The notes beneath the pieces are model-generated. The model had not been told where the DNA came from and searched no databases. It was given only the letters and a program-made list of their open reading frames with translations. Shown here piece by piece: positions 39,965 to 52,635 of a stretch of DNA of 64,000 nucleotides. The position numbers were made by a program, and so were the translations under genes. This DNA comes from Eledone cirrhosa (taxonomy: Eukaryota), in contig OZ024759.1 in the NCBI GenBank assembly GCA_964016885.1, forward strand, positions 2,666,001 through 2,730,000, in the 5' to 3' direction. How positions within the stretch are numbered: position 1 is the first letter of the stretch; each line of letters starts with the position of its first letter.

Positions 39965-40036
<72 letters not shown>

Positions 40037-40039
40037 GTC

Positions 40040-43000
40040 CCTCTCTCTCTCTCTCACTCCCTACTTGCACCAAATATAAATAAGCATGTTACGAAGGACA
40101 AAACTCAGAATTTGTCAACTCTTTTTAAATGGTCAGTCGACTTCTACGAAAATGTAATGTGTAATATAACATTTTCTTCTTGTCTCCTCAACCTTCGATT
40201 CATTCATCCATATATCTACAATCGTTGCTATCCTATAATTCTGTCTCACTGTTCCAAATAATCTTCTCCATGCTTGTTCTAAATAATCTTCTCTTTGCTA
40301 ACTACCCCATACCCCTCCCTCCCGCCCCCACTCTCCACCTTTATTATTTGGACCAATCACAAGTCAACGGCCTATCTATCACTTCTGGCTGCTTTTCGAT
40401 ATGATGGATGGACTAAGGAATTTCTGGAGAGTCTGAAGAATCTGGACACTCGATGACAATGCCAAAGATGACGACAAATTCACCTCATGCTGCCGGACGA
40501 AAGGGCAAGGCCGCCTCCTCTTTGTTTTGGAAGCGGATGGGTAAAATAACCCCAACCCCATCCCCCTCACCCCTCCCTGCGCCCCATCCTCCAAACACAA
40601 TCCAAAATTTCAGAGTTGGTACCATGAATGTAGGCACCTTAAAAGGTCGCTCTAACGAGGTTGTAGAAATGCTTGAACGTAAGGAGGTTGATGTTTGCTG
40701 TATCCAAGAGACCAGGTGGAGGGGCGGGTCTGCTAGATTCATTGTGGGTAAAGAACGTTGCTATAAGCTTTTCTGGGTGGGAAATGACAATGGGATGGGT
40801 GGGGTAGGAATCATGTTAGCAGAAAAGTGGGCAGATAAGATAATAAATGTAAATAGAGTGAATGACAGAATAATGAAAATAAGACTTGTCTTCAATAGAA
40901 CTACTGTGACAGTAATATCTGCGTACGCACCGCAAACCGGACTGCCTGGCGCTATAAAAGATAGATTCTATGAGACACTGATGCTCACTACCTCCCAAAT
41001 AACCGACAGTGACTATATAATTATTGTTGGCGACCTAAATGGCCACGTTGGACAACATTGTGATGGCTATGACGGAATCCATGGAGGCTATGGGTTTGGT
41101 ACTAGAAATGAGGAAGGTTCCAGAATCCTGGAATTCTGTGATGCAAATAACCTAACTATCTGTAACACTAACTTCAAAAAACGAGACAATCACTTGATCA
41201 CCTACAGATCAGGGGAACATACCAGCCAGGTAGATTATATCCTTACCAGAAGACGTCACAGAGTGTCTGTTGTAAACACTAAATCCCTCCCCCATGAAGA
41301 ATGCACCTCCCAACATAGAGTGATAATTAGCGACCTAATAGTCAGGACGAGACGTACTAGACAGCAGAAGAGGACTATCCTCAGGAGAAAAATATGGAAG
41401 CTAAAGGACCCCACAGCCAGTAATAAATTTAAAAGCATATTACTTGATGCTTTCGACAGTAAGGAAGAGCAATTAGAATCGTACAATATAGAGGAACAGT
41501 GGGAATTCCTGAAAGCAAACCTGCTGATGGCGGCAGACAAAGTCTGTGGCTGGAGCAGGCCTGTAGGCAGGAGGAGAGTAACATGGTGGTGGAACAGTAA
41601 GGTGGAGGAGTCAATTAAGGCCAAAAAGCAGGCTTGGAAAGCATGGCGGGATGGGGGAAGTAGAAAAGACTATCAAGTGGCCAGGAGGGAAGCTAGGAGA
41701 CAAGTGTACTTCGCAAGAAGGGAAGCAGAAGAAAGAAAGTTCAAGCATGTTCTACAACGCGAGGACCAAAAATGTGAGCTGTTCAGGATTGCTAGGCAAT
41801 GTGTCAAGGAAAACCGTGATATTGTCGGGGAGAAGTGTGTACTTAATGATGATGGCGTACTTGCCATCACTGACGCTGATAAGAAGGTAGCTTGGAAGTG
41901 TCACTACGAAAGGCTACTAAATGAGGAGAATAAATGGGAGAAAGACAGTCTCCCCCACATCGACCCAATAGAGGGACCAGCAGTGTTAGTCGAAGGTAGT
42001 ATAATAAGTAAGGCAATCAAAGATATGAAGACGGGTAAGGCGGCTGGGCCTTCGGAAATAGTTGCTGAGATGCTGAAAGCCTCTGGAACGGTGGGACACA
42101 CCATGGTCACCCGGATAGTAAACCAAGTCATACAGAATGGGGTTGTTCCGAAGGACTGGCGTAGCAGCATCATCATTAATTGTTACAAGGGTAAAGGAGA
42201 TGCCCTAGATAGGAATAACTATAGAGGCATTAAATTAATCGACCAGGTCATGAAGGTCACGGAAAAAGTAATAGCGCAACTAATCAGAGAGAGAATTGAT
42301 CTAGATGAAATGCAATTCGGGTTAGTGTCAGGCAAAAGTACCACAGACGCTCTTTTCATTGTACGACAACTACAGGAGAAGTACCTAGCTAAAAGTAAAC
42401 CCCTATACTTAGCTTTTGTCGACTTGGAGAAAGCCTTCGACAGAGTCCCTCGTTACATTATCTCGTGGGCTCTTAGAAAACTTGGTGTTGATGAATTGCT
42501 TGTGAGAGCTATACAAGCCATGTATAAAGAAACAGTCAGCAAGGTTAGAATTAACAACGAATATAGTGAAGAGTTTAGCGTAAAAGTTGGTGTTCATCAG
42601 GGCTCTGTTCTTAGCCCCCTATTATTTATTATTGCCCTTCAGGCTATAACAGTGGAGTCCAAGACCGGCTGCCCATGGGAACTCCTATACGCAGATGATC
42701 TAACGCTCATAGCTGAATCAATGGCCGAGCTAGAGAAGAAATTCCAAACATGGAAGCACGGCTTAGAATCAAAAGGCCTTAAAATTAACCTGGCTAAGAC
42801 TAAAGTTCTAGATTGTAGGAAAGAAAATAAGGCGCCGGTCCCTTCCGGGAAATGGCCATGCTCAGTGTGTAGGAAAGGCGTAGGTAGAAACTCCATTTTA
42901 TGTCCCAAATGCAAAGTATGGGTGCATAAAAGATGTAGTGGGATCACAGGTAAGCTAACTAAGAACATAGATTTTACATGTGGCTGGTGCTCTGGTGCAA

Positions 43001-44037
43001 TAAGTAGCAGCAAGTGTCCACAAAATACTAGCTCTTTCAATTGTGCAGAGGGTTCTATAGAAACAGTGGACACCTTCCGTTACCTGGGTGACAAAATCAG
43101 CAGTGGGGGAGGGTGCTCTGAAAGTACAGTAGCTAGAGTCAGAACTGGATGGAAAAAGTTCAGAGAGCTTATACCACTATTAGCCTCTAAAGGGTTCTCC
43201 CTAAAAATGAAAGGCAGTTTGTATGATGCCTGCATATGAACAGCAATGTTGCATGGCAGTGAGACCTGGGCATTGTGTGCAGAGGATATACGCAGACTAG
43301 AGAGGAACGAAGCTTGCATGCTCCGCTAGATGTGTAATAGTAATATACATGAACGGCAAAGCATAAATGAACTAAGGGAAAAATTAGAAATAAGAGGGAT
43401 CAGATATTGTTTACTTGAGAGAAGGCTACATTGGTATGGTCACGTGATGCGCATGAAAGACGACAGCTGTATAAAAAAGTGCAGGGCAATAAAGATAGAC
43501 GGTAGCCACGGAGTAGGCAGACCCAGAAAAACCTGGGACGACCTGATAAATTCCGACCTCACACACTTACACCTCTCCAAGACAATGTCACTGGACCGAG
43601 ATCTTTGGCGGTACTCAGTAATAGAGAAGACCCGCCTTACCTAAATACAAAGTAAAACCTACTACAGTCAGTAGGCACCTCTAACAAAATACACCCCCGT
43701 CCCCCCACCCCACCCCATCCACACCGCCCCTTTCAATGTAAAGTTATGTTGGTGCCACAACATCCAGGCCAAAACAAATGAGATCGTGTAGGTGTCACGA
43801 CAAAAAAACACACAGTCCACGCTGTAATGTGGCCGTGTAGGCAACACGGTAAAAACCTCCCAGTCCCACACTGTAAATGTGGTTGGTGTTAGGAAGGGGA
43901 TCCAGCTGTAGAAAACCCGCCAGACAGTCCTATGCGAGCAAGACAACCACTCTTGCCTCAAGTGGGAAAACTCCCGTCCAAACCTATGCAAGCGTGGAAC
44001 ATGGACGTTAAACGATGATGATGATGATGATGATGAT
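40040..44037 (+). mobile_element. Near full-length RTE LINE, subfamily A
   Basis: 5' leader, a single APE-RT ORF, ~370-bp 3' UTR and a (GAT)n tail, following a (TA)n tract. Confidence 0.96.
40453..43644 (+). pseudogene. RTE polyprotein: AP endonuclease + reverse transcriptase + PHD-like finger; two in-frame stops
   Basis: Motifs GTMNVGTL, CIQETRW, SAYAPQ, GDLNGHVG, FVDLEKAFD, GVHQGSVLSP and LLYADD. TGA at 43237 (CGA in other copies) and TAG at 43327 (TGG in others); the frame is otherwise continuous. Confidence 0.93.
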
Positions 44038-44044
44038 ATTATAT

Positions 44045-44735
44045 CAATGATATTAATAAATGGAAACAATATTTATAAAACGATATTTATTTTATTATAT
44101 ATATTTCAAGGGTACCAAAATTTTGGTATGCCCTTATAAGATAAAATACAAAATTTGTTTTATAAATAGTGACATACCCAAGAAACCAGACCTTATCAGT
44201 TCAGGCTCAGTTTGGATAGTGTAAGAAAAATTTCAAATATTTAGGATGAATATGTAAATAAGGTTGAAATGTAAGACTGAAAAAAGATTACATTTAGACA
44301 CTAGGTAAATTTAAATAATTATTAGGATAATTTATAAAGGGAAGAAGAGAAAAATCTCTTTGCTTATATATATATATATACATATATATAATTTATAAGG
44401 GAAGAAGAAAGAAAAAGAGAGGCCAATATTAATACAAGAAAAAATTATAGTTAGAAATACACTATTATTATTAAGATAAAATTGTATGGATCATATCAGT
44501 GATGGTGTAAGGAGAGTTATATAATTATATTTAATTATATAATCATATATTTTGGTAGTATTTATAAAATAATATGAGAGTTAAAAATGCTTTCAAGTGG
44601 TAGAATACCAATTTAAAATTTTTAAAAATTGAGATATACAACTAATTATTGGATCTATTCAAATTATGAGTTATAATATTATATAGATAATATTTATAAG
44701 TATATTTTAAGGTTGTAAGCATATTTTAGTTTATT
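44045..44735 (-). mobile_element. Penelope-associated terminal fragment, decayed hammerhead
   Basis: Reverse homology to 20900-21290 and the 31470 arm; the core has mutated to CTTATAA. The right boundary is uncertain. Confidence 0.45.
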
Positions 44736-45105
44736 ATATTACAACATGTATATATATATATATATACATGTGTGTATATATATACATGTGTATATATATA
44801 CATGTGTGTATATATATATATACATGTGTATATATATACATGTATTTATATATACATGTGTATATATATTTCGTTTCTGAATTTGTTTAGCAAGATTCTT
44901 TATCTGAAAACATGTGTTGAAACCGATATTGTTATACTTTGGGAGGGTTATGTTGCAAATAAGAAACACACGCACCAGTTGCTTTCACTTCAATGTGCAA
45001 CCCCAAAGAACTAGACAGACACATACAACACTTCATCCACCGTATGCAGTTCTCTGGTTACAATCAGAGAGATAAAATCAGAGTATATAGAGGAGCCAGA
45101 ACCAA

Positions 45106-45792
45106 ATGGGAAAAAAAAAAAAAAAAAAAAAGGTAAATAAAGACACAAATGGGACCTGCCCCTTGTATAGGAGCAAATTCTGGAATAGAATAGAAAGAAC
45201 TAGGAATAAGGTTAATAGAATAAACTCATGTTATGATAGCAATAAATACCAGAGTGTAATGTTCATCGATACAACCCCTAGAGGTGAATTAGCTTACAAA
45301 TTTAGAAGGGCCCTAGATAAACATAAACCTAATATTAAGATAGTAGAAAAACCAGGTACCTCCATAAAAACACTTATTAGCAATACATACCCTTTCCAAA
45401 GACCTCCCTGTATAGATAAGAAATGTATAATCTGTAAATTAAGCCCCCACATTAACTGTAAAACTAGAAATGTAGTATATAGCATAAGATGTACTGAATG
45501 ACAATGTAGAGATAAGAATATAATGTACATAGGTGAGACAGCTCGTAGTATAGGGGAACGGATAAATGAACACTGGCGAGACCTTCAATATAGTAAAGAA
45601 TCATCTGTACTCTACCAACATGCTAAAATAGAACATAAGGGTAAATTAGAGAACATAGAAATAAAAATAGAATCTACACACAGAAAAGACGCAATGTTTA
45701 GACAAATCACAGAGGCAATAAACATAAATGAACTCCAACCAAAATTAAATAGAAAATATGAATGGAACAGCAACATCACAACTTACAATTAA
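45106..45792 (+). pseudogene. GIY-YIG endonuclease region of Penelope-like ORF with one in-frame TGA
   Basis: ORFs 45106-45501 and 45523-45792 share a frame and are separated only by TGA at 45499-45501. Confidence 0.8.
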
Positions 45793-45993
45793 GGACAAAA
45801 TGAAAACACACACGCACATAGAACAAACAACCAACCAGTAACATGTAAATAAACAAATAAATAAACAAATATAAACACACACACAGACACCCGGATGTAA
45901 CACGTGCGCAAACTAAGCACGCAACACACAAAAAAACAAGATGGTGTAGGACAGAACAAAGGAGAGGCACAAAAACAAAGAAAAGAATCCCCA

Positions 45994-46036
45994 GTCACTG
46001 AAGAGGTCACAGAATGTGTGACGAAAGAACTTTGAC
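45994..46036 (+). ncRNA. Hammerhead-like motif
   Basis: GTCA-CTGAAGA-G-GTCACA/TGTGAC-GAAA-GAACTT-TGAC. Confidence 0.5.
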
Positions 46037-46182
46037 AATATATAAACAATCATCTGGTTGTGGAACCAACCAACCGGAAATTTATAAATTCCTAAATTTA
46101 TAAATTTATTATAATAAATTGAAGTGAAAGCAACTGGTGCATGTGTTTCTTATTGGCAACATGACCCTCCCAAAGTATAACA

Positions 46183-46224
<42 letters not shown>

Positions 46225-46228
<4 letters not shown>

Positions 46229-48893
46229 TCATCATCACCATTTTACATCCGTTCTTCCTTGCTAACATGGGTTAGACGGGTTGCCCTGTTGTGGGCAGTG
46301 TCTGGTCGGCTGAACATGCCTTGCTCATACAGGAACTGATTTGGCTTGATTTCTACAGCTGGATGCCCTTCCTAACACCAACCTCATTTACAGTGAGTGC
46401 TGGGTGCTTTTTTCCGTGGTGCCTACACGTCTACTTTACAGTGTGGGCTGGGTGCTTTTTTGCCGTGGTACCTCCGCAACCACTTTGCAGTGGGAGGGTG
46501 TGGGGGCTATTTATCTATGCTTCAGCTTGGGCTTGTACCCATGGGAGGCCGAGTACTCTGTATTACTGCGTGACGCCAGAGGTGTAATTTGGTAAGGTCG
46601 GCTTTTATCACCTCATCCCAGGTCTTCTTGGGTCTCCCCACTCCGCGCTTTCCATTGACTTCTAGTGCTCTGCACCTTTTTATGCAGCTGTCATCCTTCA
46701 TACACATCACATGTCCATACCAATGCAACCGCCTCTCCTGCACACAGCATTTGATTCCTCTTATGCTCAGTCTCTCTCTCAATTCATTTATGCTTTGCCG
46801 TTCGCGTATATTACTATTACACATCCATCGGAGCATGCAGGCTTTGTTTCTTTCTAATCTACGTAAGTCTTTCACCTTCAGCGCCCAGGTCTCACTACCA
46901 TGTAACATTGCTGTTTGTATACACGCATCTTACAGTCTGCCTTTCATTTTGAGGGAAAAGCCTTTTGCAGCTAGCAGTGGCAGTAGCTCCCTGAACTTCT
47001 TACATCCCATTCTTACCCTAGTTATTGTACTTTCTGAACACCCACCTCCGCTGCTAATTCGGTCACCTAGGTAACAGAAGCTGTCTACTGTTTCTACAGA
47101 GCCCTCCCAGAGGTTGGTGGTACTTGTTTCCTGTGGCTGTTTGCTGCTTGCTGTCCCAGCACAGCTACTACATTCTTAATTTAGCTTCCTGAGATCCCGC
47201 TACATCTCTTGTGTACCCATTGTTTGCTTTTTGGGCAGAGAATGGAGTTCCTACCTACACCTTTCCTACATACTGAGCAAGGCCATTTCCCTGAGGGGAT
47301 CTGGGTTCTGTTTTCTCGTCTACTTACAAGGACCTTAGTCTTTGTCAGGTTGACTTTGAGACCCTTTCTTTCTAGTCCCTGCTTCCAAGTTTGGAATTTC
47401 TTCTCTAGTTCTACCATAGATTCAGCTATAAGTGCGAGGTCATCAGCATACAGGAGTTCCCATGGGCATCCGGTCTTAAACTCCTCCGTTATTGCCTGCA
47501 GGACTATGATGAACAGGAGAGGGCTAAAAACAGAGCCCTGGTGGACACCGACCTGTATGCTAAATTCCTCGCTATACTCTTTGCTAAACCTAACTTTGCT
47601 GACTGCTCCCCTATACATGGCTTGTACAGCTTTCACAAGCCATTCATCTACTCCTAGTTTTCTAAGAGCCCACCAGATTATAGCACGTGGAACTCTGTCA
47701 AAGGATTTCTCGAGATCGACGAAGCCAGGTAGAGTGGCTTACTTTTAGCTAGGTACTTTTCCTGTAACTGCCTCACAAGGAAGAGGGCATCAGTGGTGCC
47801 TCTTCCTAGTACACACCCAAATTGCATCTTATCTAGTTTCACCCGGTCCTTAATCAAATGTGCTATAACTCTTTCTGTTACTTTCATGACCTGGTCCATC
47901 AACTTTATACCTCTATAGTTTCCTCTATCTAGTGCATCACTTTTACCTTTGTAGCAGTTGGCAATGATGCTACTGCACCAATCTTTTGGTATGACACCTT
48001 CTAGTATTACCTGGTTCACAATACGTGTGGTTATAGTGTGACCTACAGACCCAGATGCCTTCAGCATCTCGGCAGCTATACCCGATGGACCGGTTGCCTT
48101 CCCCATCTTCATATCTTGATTTCCTTACTTACTACACTGCTGCTGACTTGTACTGCTGGCCCCTCTATAGGGTCTACTTGGGGTAGGGTCTCTTCTTCCC
48201 ATGCATTCTCATTTAGTAATCTATCATAATGGCTCTTCCATGCATCTTTCTTCTCAGCACTTGTGAGGGCAAGCTCACCTTTATCATTCCGGATACACTT
48301 CTCTCCAATGACATCACAATTCTCTCTGACACACTGCCTCGCAATCTTGAACACCTCCTGTTTCTGGTCCTCACGTTGCAAAACATGCTTGAATTTTCTA
48401 TCCTCTGCTTCCCTCCTAGTTAAGTATACTTGTCGCCTAGCTTCCCTCCTGGTCTTTATGTAATGTACCCTGCTTCCCTCGTTCTTCCATTCTTTCCATG
48501 CCTGTCTCTTGGCCTAAACTGCCTCATCTACCTTATTGTTCCACCACCAAGTCACTCTCCTCCTACGTGTGGTCTTACTCCACCTACAGTCATCATCTGT
48601 CGCCTCTAGTAAGTTATTTTTAGGGACTCCCAGTGCTCTTCTACATTGAATGTCTCTATCTGTTCTTCTTTACTGTCATAGGCATTGAGTAAAATATCTT
48701 TAAATCTGTTACTGGCCGAGGGGTCTTTCAGCTTCCAGATCTTTCTTCTCCAGGTTGGCCTCTGTTTCCGGGTTCGTCTAGTTCTGACCATGAGGTCGCT
48801 GACAACTAAACTATGTTGGGAGGTACATTCCGCACTAGGGAAGACTTTTGTGTTTACGACTGTCCATCTGTCACATCCTCTGATGAGGATAAA
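46225..48893 (-). mobile_element. RTE LINE subfamily C, 5'-truncated, frameshifted
   Basis: RT fragments YRGIKL, GVHQGSVFSP, LLYADD and WPCSVC; a distinct 3' UTR; (CAT)n tail. Confidence 0.93.
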
Positions 48894-48935
48894 ATGTATA
48901 TATATATATATACATGTATGTATATATATATATGC

Positions 48936-48985
<50 letters not shown>

Positions 48986-49199
48986 GTGTATATATATATA
49001 TATATACATGTGTATATATATATATATATATACATGTGTATATATATATATATATACATGTGTAGCAAAGAATATCTAGACTCTCAGCTAATAGAAATAT
49101 ATTTGATAACAAAACAGAATATTACAATGATGCTCTACACAGAGCTGGATACAATACTAAAATTAACTACATAGATAAGAATAGTATACACCAACCTCC

Positions 49200-49950
49200 T
49201 AAAGTTTATTATAATATTAATAATAAACTAGAAATATAATTTGGTATTCTCCTCCAATTTCATTAGGAATTAAGACACCTTTAGCACACCAATTCTTTAA
49301 GGCGTTAGATAAATGTTTTCCATTTTTAACAGACATACAGTCAAACTCTCTTACTCTACTACTATGAATATAGCACAAAATATTAATAGAATTAATAATA
49401 GGAATTTAAAATTAAACTCAAACCAAATAAACTCAAATAGCAATAACAATATAACTAAGAACGTTCCGTATAATAATAATAATAATAATAATAGCGAATG
49501 CATAAATAATTGTTTCTACTTTTGGCACAAGGCCAGCAATTATCCCAGTGTATCACTGGTACTTTATTCTATCAGTAATACACTGAAATAATTGCTGGTC
49601 TTGTGCGAAAAGTAGAAACGGTTTTATTATTTATGCAAATGCATAAATAATAATACCGTTTCTCTAAACAGCAATATTAGAAAATGTAATTGCAAAAATA
49701 ACATACCATGCCCTTTACAGAATAATTGCCTTGATAGAAATTTAGTATACAAATGCACCATAAAAACTAGAGATAGATTATATAATTATATAGGAGCTAC
49801 TTCTAAAAATTTAAGGACTGTTGGTATAATCATAAACATACATTCAAACAATCAGACAAAAAATTCTTAACCTCACTATCACAATTAATTTGGTCTTTAA
49901 AAGACAGTTAACTGACAAATTGATCTCTTGGTGAAGGATATCGAAAGCGC
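49200..49950 (+). mobile_element. Decayed Penelope-like fragment interrupted by a SINE-derived fold-back
   Basis: IFNRHTVKLSYS, then CNCKNNIPCPLQNNCLDRNLVYKCTI...YIGATS (GIY-YIG) at ~49685-49805. Confidence 0.72.
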
Positions 49951-50193
49951 CTGTTTACCAAAATATGGCTCTCTCAAGAATTTGTCATCGCTCTATTTCA
50001 AAAAAGGAAATATTTAATTCTTCTTTGCATCGATTCTCCAGAACATTTCACAATATTTACAATTTATAGAAAATACTACACATGCTATATATATATGTGG
50101 CCTATGTACAATATATATCTATTTGGTTTTCTTTAAAAGTTCTTAAATTTATACATAGAAATATCTACTATTATCAAATTTATATACAGATAT

Positions 50194-50249
<56 letters not shown>

Positions 50250-50251
<2 letters not shown>

Positions 50252-52057
50252 AAGGAGGCCTGGAAATGTCATTATGAGAGACTGATGAATGTGGAGAACG
50301 AATGGGAGAGAGAGAAATTACCCTTGGTAGATCCGACAGAGGGACCAGCTATTGAGATTGACGAATATAGGGTCCAAGAGGCGATTAGGGAAATGAAAAA
50401 TGGTAAGGCGGCTGGACCATCGGGAATAGTTGCTGAGATGCTGAAGGCATCAGGGGACGTAGGCACTAAACTGGTTGCACGCATCATCAATCAGGCTATA
50501 TATGGTGGTGTCATACCCAAAGACTGGTGCAGCAGTATTCTCATAAATTGCTACAAAGGTAAAGGGGATGCTTTGGAGAGGAGCAATTATAGGGGTATAA
50601 AACTGATAGATCAGGTTATGAAAGTGGCAGAAAGGATTTTAGCACAACTAATTAGGGAAAGGGTCAAACTAGATGAGATGCAGTTTGGTTTTGTGCCTGG
50701 GAAGAGTACAACAGATGCCCTCTTCTTGGTGAGACAAATGCAAGAGAGGTTCTTAGAGAAGAATAAGCCACTATACTTAGCCTTTGTTGACCTAGAGAAA
50801 GCCTTTGATAGGGTACCCCGATCTGTCATCTGGTGGTCCCTAAGGAAGCTGGGTGTTGAGGAATGGCTTGTGAGGACAGTGCAAACTTTGTACAGAGGTA
50901 CTCTCAGTAAAGTCAGGGTAGGAATGGAGTTTAGTGAGGAATTCCAGATACAAGTAGGAGTACATCAGGGTTCGGTCCTCAGCCCGCTCTTGTTCATTAT
51001 AGTCCTCCAAGCCATAACAGAGGAGTTTAAGACTGGCTGTCCATGGGAACTTCTCTATGCTGACGATCTGGCTCTTATGGCAGAATCAGTAGAGGAGCTG
51101 GAGAATAAATTCCGGCTATGGAAACAGCAGTTGGAAGCAAGAGGACTGAGAGTAAATCTAGCTAAGACAAAAGTGTTGATGAGTAGAAAAGAGGACAAAA
51201 CCCTGATTCCGTCAGGGAAATGGCCATGTTCGATATGCAGAAAAGGAACTGGCATAAATTCTATAAAATGCACACAATGCAGGTCCTGGGTACACAAGAG
51301 ATGTAGCAGGATAGCAGGCAAACTAACAGGTAGGGAGAAATATGTATGCAGTAGATGTACAGGGAAATTAGACAGTAGAAGTCGCACTGATAGACACATT
51401 TTTCAAATGCGAGAGGGCGCTATAGAAGTGGTGGATAGCTTCCGGTACCTAGGAGATCAGATTAGCATGGGAGGAGGGTGTTCCGAGGCCATAGTATCTA
51501 GAATAAGGACGGGTTGGAAGAAGTTTAGGGAGCTGCTTCCTCTGTTGACGAAGAAGGGTTTCTCCCTGCGTACGAAAGGCCGGTTGTATGATGCCTGTGT
51601 GAGGAGCGCGATGCTGCATGGTAGTGAGACATGGGCAGCAACCGCAGAAGATATGCGACGGCTGGAGAGAAATGAGGCAAGCATGCTCCGTTGGATGTGC
51701 AGTGTAAATGTGCGTGAACGACCCAGCAAAAATGTGTTGAGAGAGAAACTGTGTCTGAGAGGGATAGAATGTAGTGTACGGGAGAGGAGACTGAGGTGGT
51801 ATGGACATGTGATGCGCATGGAGGATGACCGATGGGTGAAGAAGTGCCAGGAAATGCCAGTTGAAGGAAGACGTGGTAGAGGTAGACCACGAAAAACATG
51901 GGCGGAGGTGGTGAGAACAGACCTCAGATCATTGAAGCTCATGGTGGAGATGACGAGGGACCGTGACGAGTGGAGAGATGCTGTGCTGAATAAGACCCGT
52001 CCCACCCTTGCAAGCAGGGAAAAGCGGACGTAAAATGATGATGATGATGATGATGAT
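50250..52057 (+). mobile_element. Young 5'-truncated RTE LINE, subfamily B
   Basis: Uninterrupted 582-aa frame running directly into a (GAT)n tail; flanked by (TA)n. Confidence 0.96.
50285..52033 (+). CDS. RTE reverse transcriptase + PHD-like finger (endonuclease missing by truncation)
   Basis: Motifs YRGIKL, QFGF, FVDLEKAFD, GVHQGSVLSP, LLYADD and RLRWYGHV, with no stops. Confidence 0.85.
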   Translation: MNVENEWEREKLPLVDPTEGPAIEIDEYRVQEAIREMKNGKAAGPSGIVAEMLKASGDVGTKLVARIINQAIYGGVIPKDWCSSILINCYKGKGDALERSNYRGIKLIDQVMKVAERILAQLIRERVKLDEMQFGFVPGKSTTDALFLVRQMQERFLEKNKPLYLAFVDLEKAFDRVPRSVIWWSLRKLGVEEWLVRTVQTLYRGTLSKVRVGMEFSEEFQIQVGVHQGSVLSPLLFIIVLQAITEEFKTGCPWELLYADDLALMAESVEELENKFRLWKQQLEARGLRVNLAKTKVLMSRKEDKTLIPSGKWPCSICRKGTGINSIKCTQCRSWVHKRCSRIAGKLTGREKYVCSRCTGKLDSRSRTDRHIFQMREGAIEVVDSFRYLGDQISMGGGCSEAIVSRIRTGWKKFRELLPLLTKKGFSLRTKGRLYDACVRSAMLHGSETWAATAEDMRRLERNEASMLRWMCSVNVRERPSKNVLREKLCLRGIECSVRERRLRWYGHVMRMEDDRWVKKCQEMPVEGRRGRGRPRKTWAEVVRTDLRSLKLMVEMTRDRDEWRDAVLNKTRPTLASREKRT

Positions 52058-52222
52058 ATATATATTTATATATATAGTAATAATAATAAATTCGAAGACT
52101 AAAATCCAAAGAGGGCTCGATAAGGATAAATATATATCAAATATATAAGAACCGTAGAGCAAATATTTATTAAAATAACAGATTAAATTTTAAGCAAAGA
52201 ATCGCTGTCATTTATATATATA

Positions 52223-52276
<54 letters not shown>

Positions 52277-52317
52277 TATATATATATATATATACAGATA
52301 TATATATATATATGTAC

Positions 52318-52390
<73 letters not shown>

Positions 52391-52429
52391 TATATATATA
52401 TATGTACAGATATATATATATATATGTAC

Positions 52430-52500
<71 letters not shown>

Positions 52501-52575
52501 GAAGGAAATGTGGTAAGGAACCAGGTGGACCATAACGCACCAAAGTACTCAATACTTGAGGTAGTAGAGTGGGTA

Positions 52576-52635
52576 ATAGGAACCAGTAAGACCCCGACAG
52601 CTGAGCTCAGCTGTCGGGGTCTTACTGGTTCCTAT
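52576..52635. repeat. 60-bp perfect palindrome
   Basis: ATAGGAACCAGTAAGACCCCGACAGCTGAG|CTCAGCTGTCGGGGTCTTACTGGTTCCTAT. Confidence 0.92.

Larger units (their letters stand above)
44928..46184 (+). mobile_element. 5'-truncated Penelope-like element (Naiad-like GIY-YIG) with 67-bp inverted termini
   Basis: Protein PLYR...TP...IVEKPG...CxxxxCxxC...C..RNVVYSIRC...YIGETARS...ERINEH...LNRKYE. Inverted repeat 44928-44994 / 46118-46184. Hammerhead-like motif at 45994-46036. Confidence 0.82.

Noticed and set aside
51055-52005. Antisense ORFs over RTE copies (also 25466, 35261, 46589)
   Set aside because: Shadow frames of the RT coding strand, with no independent motifs.
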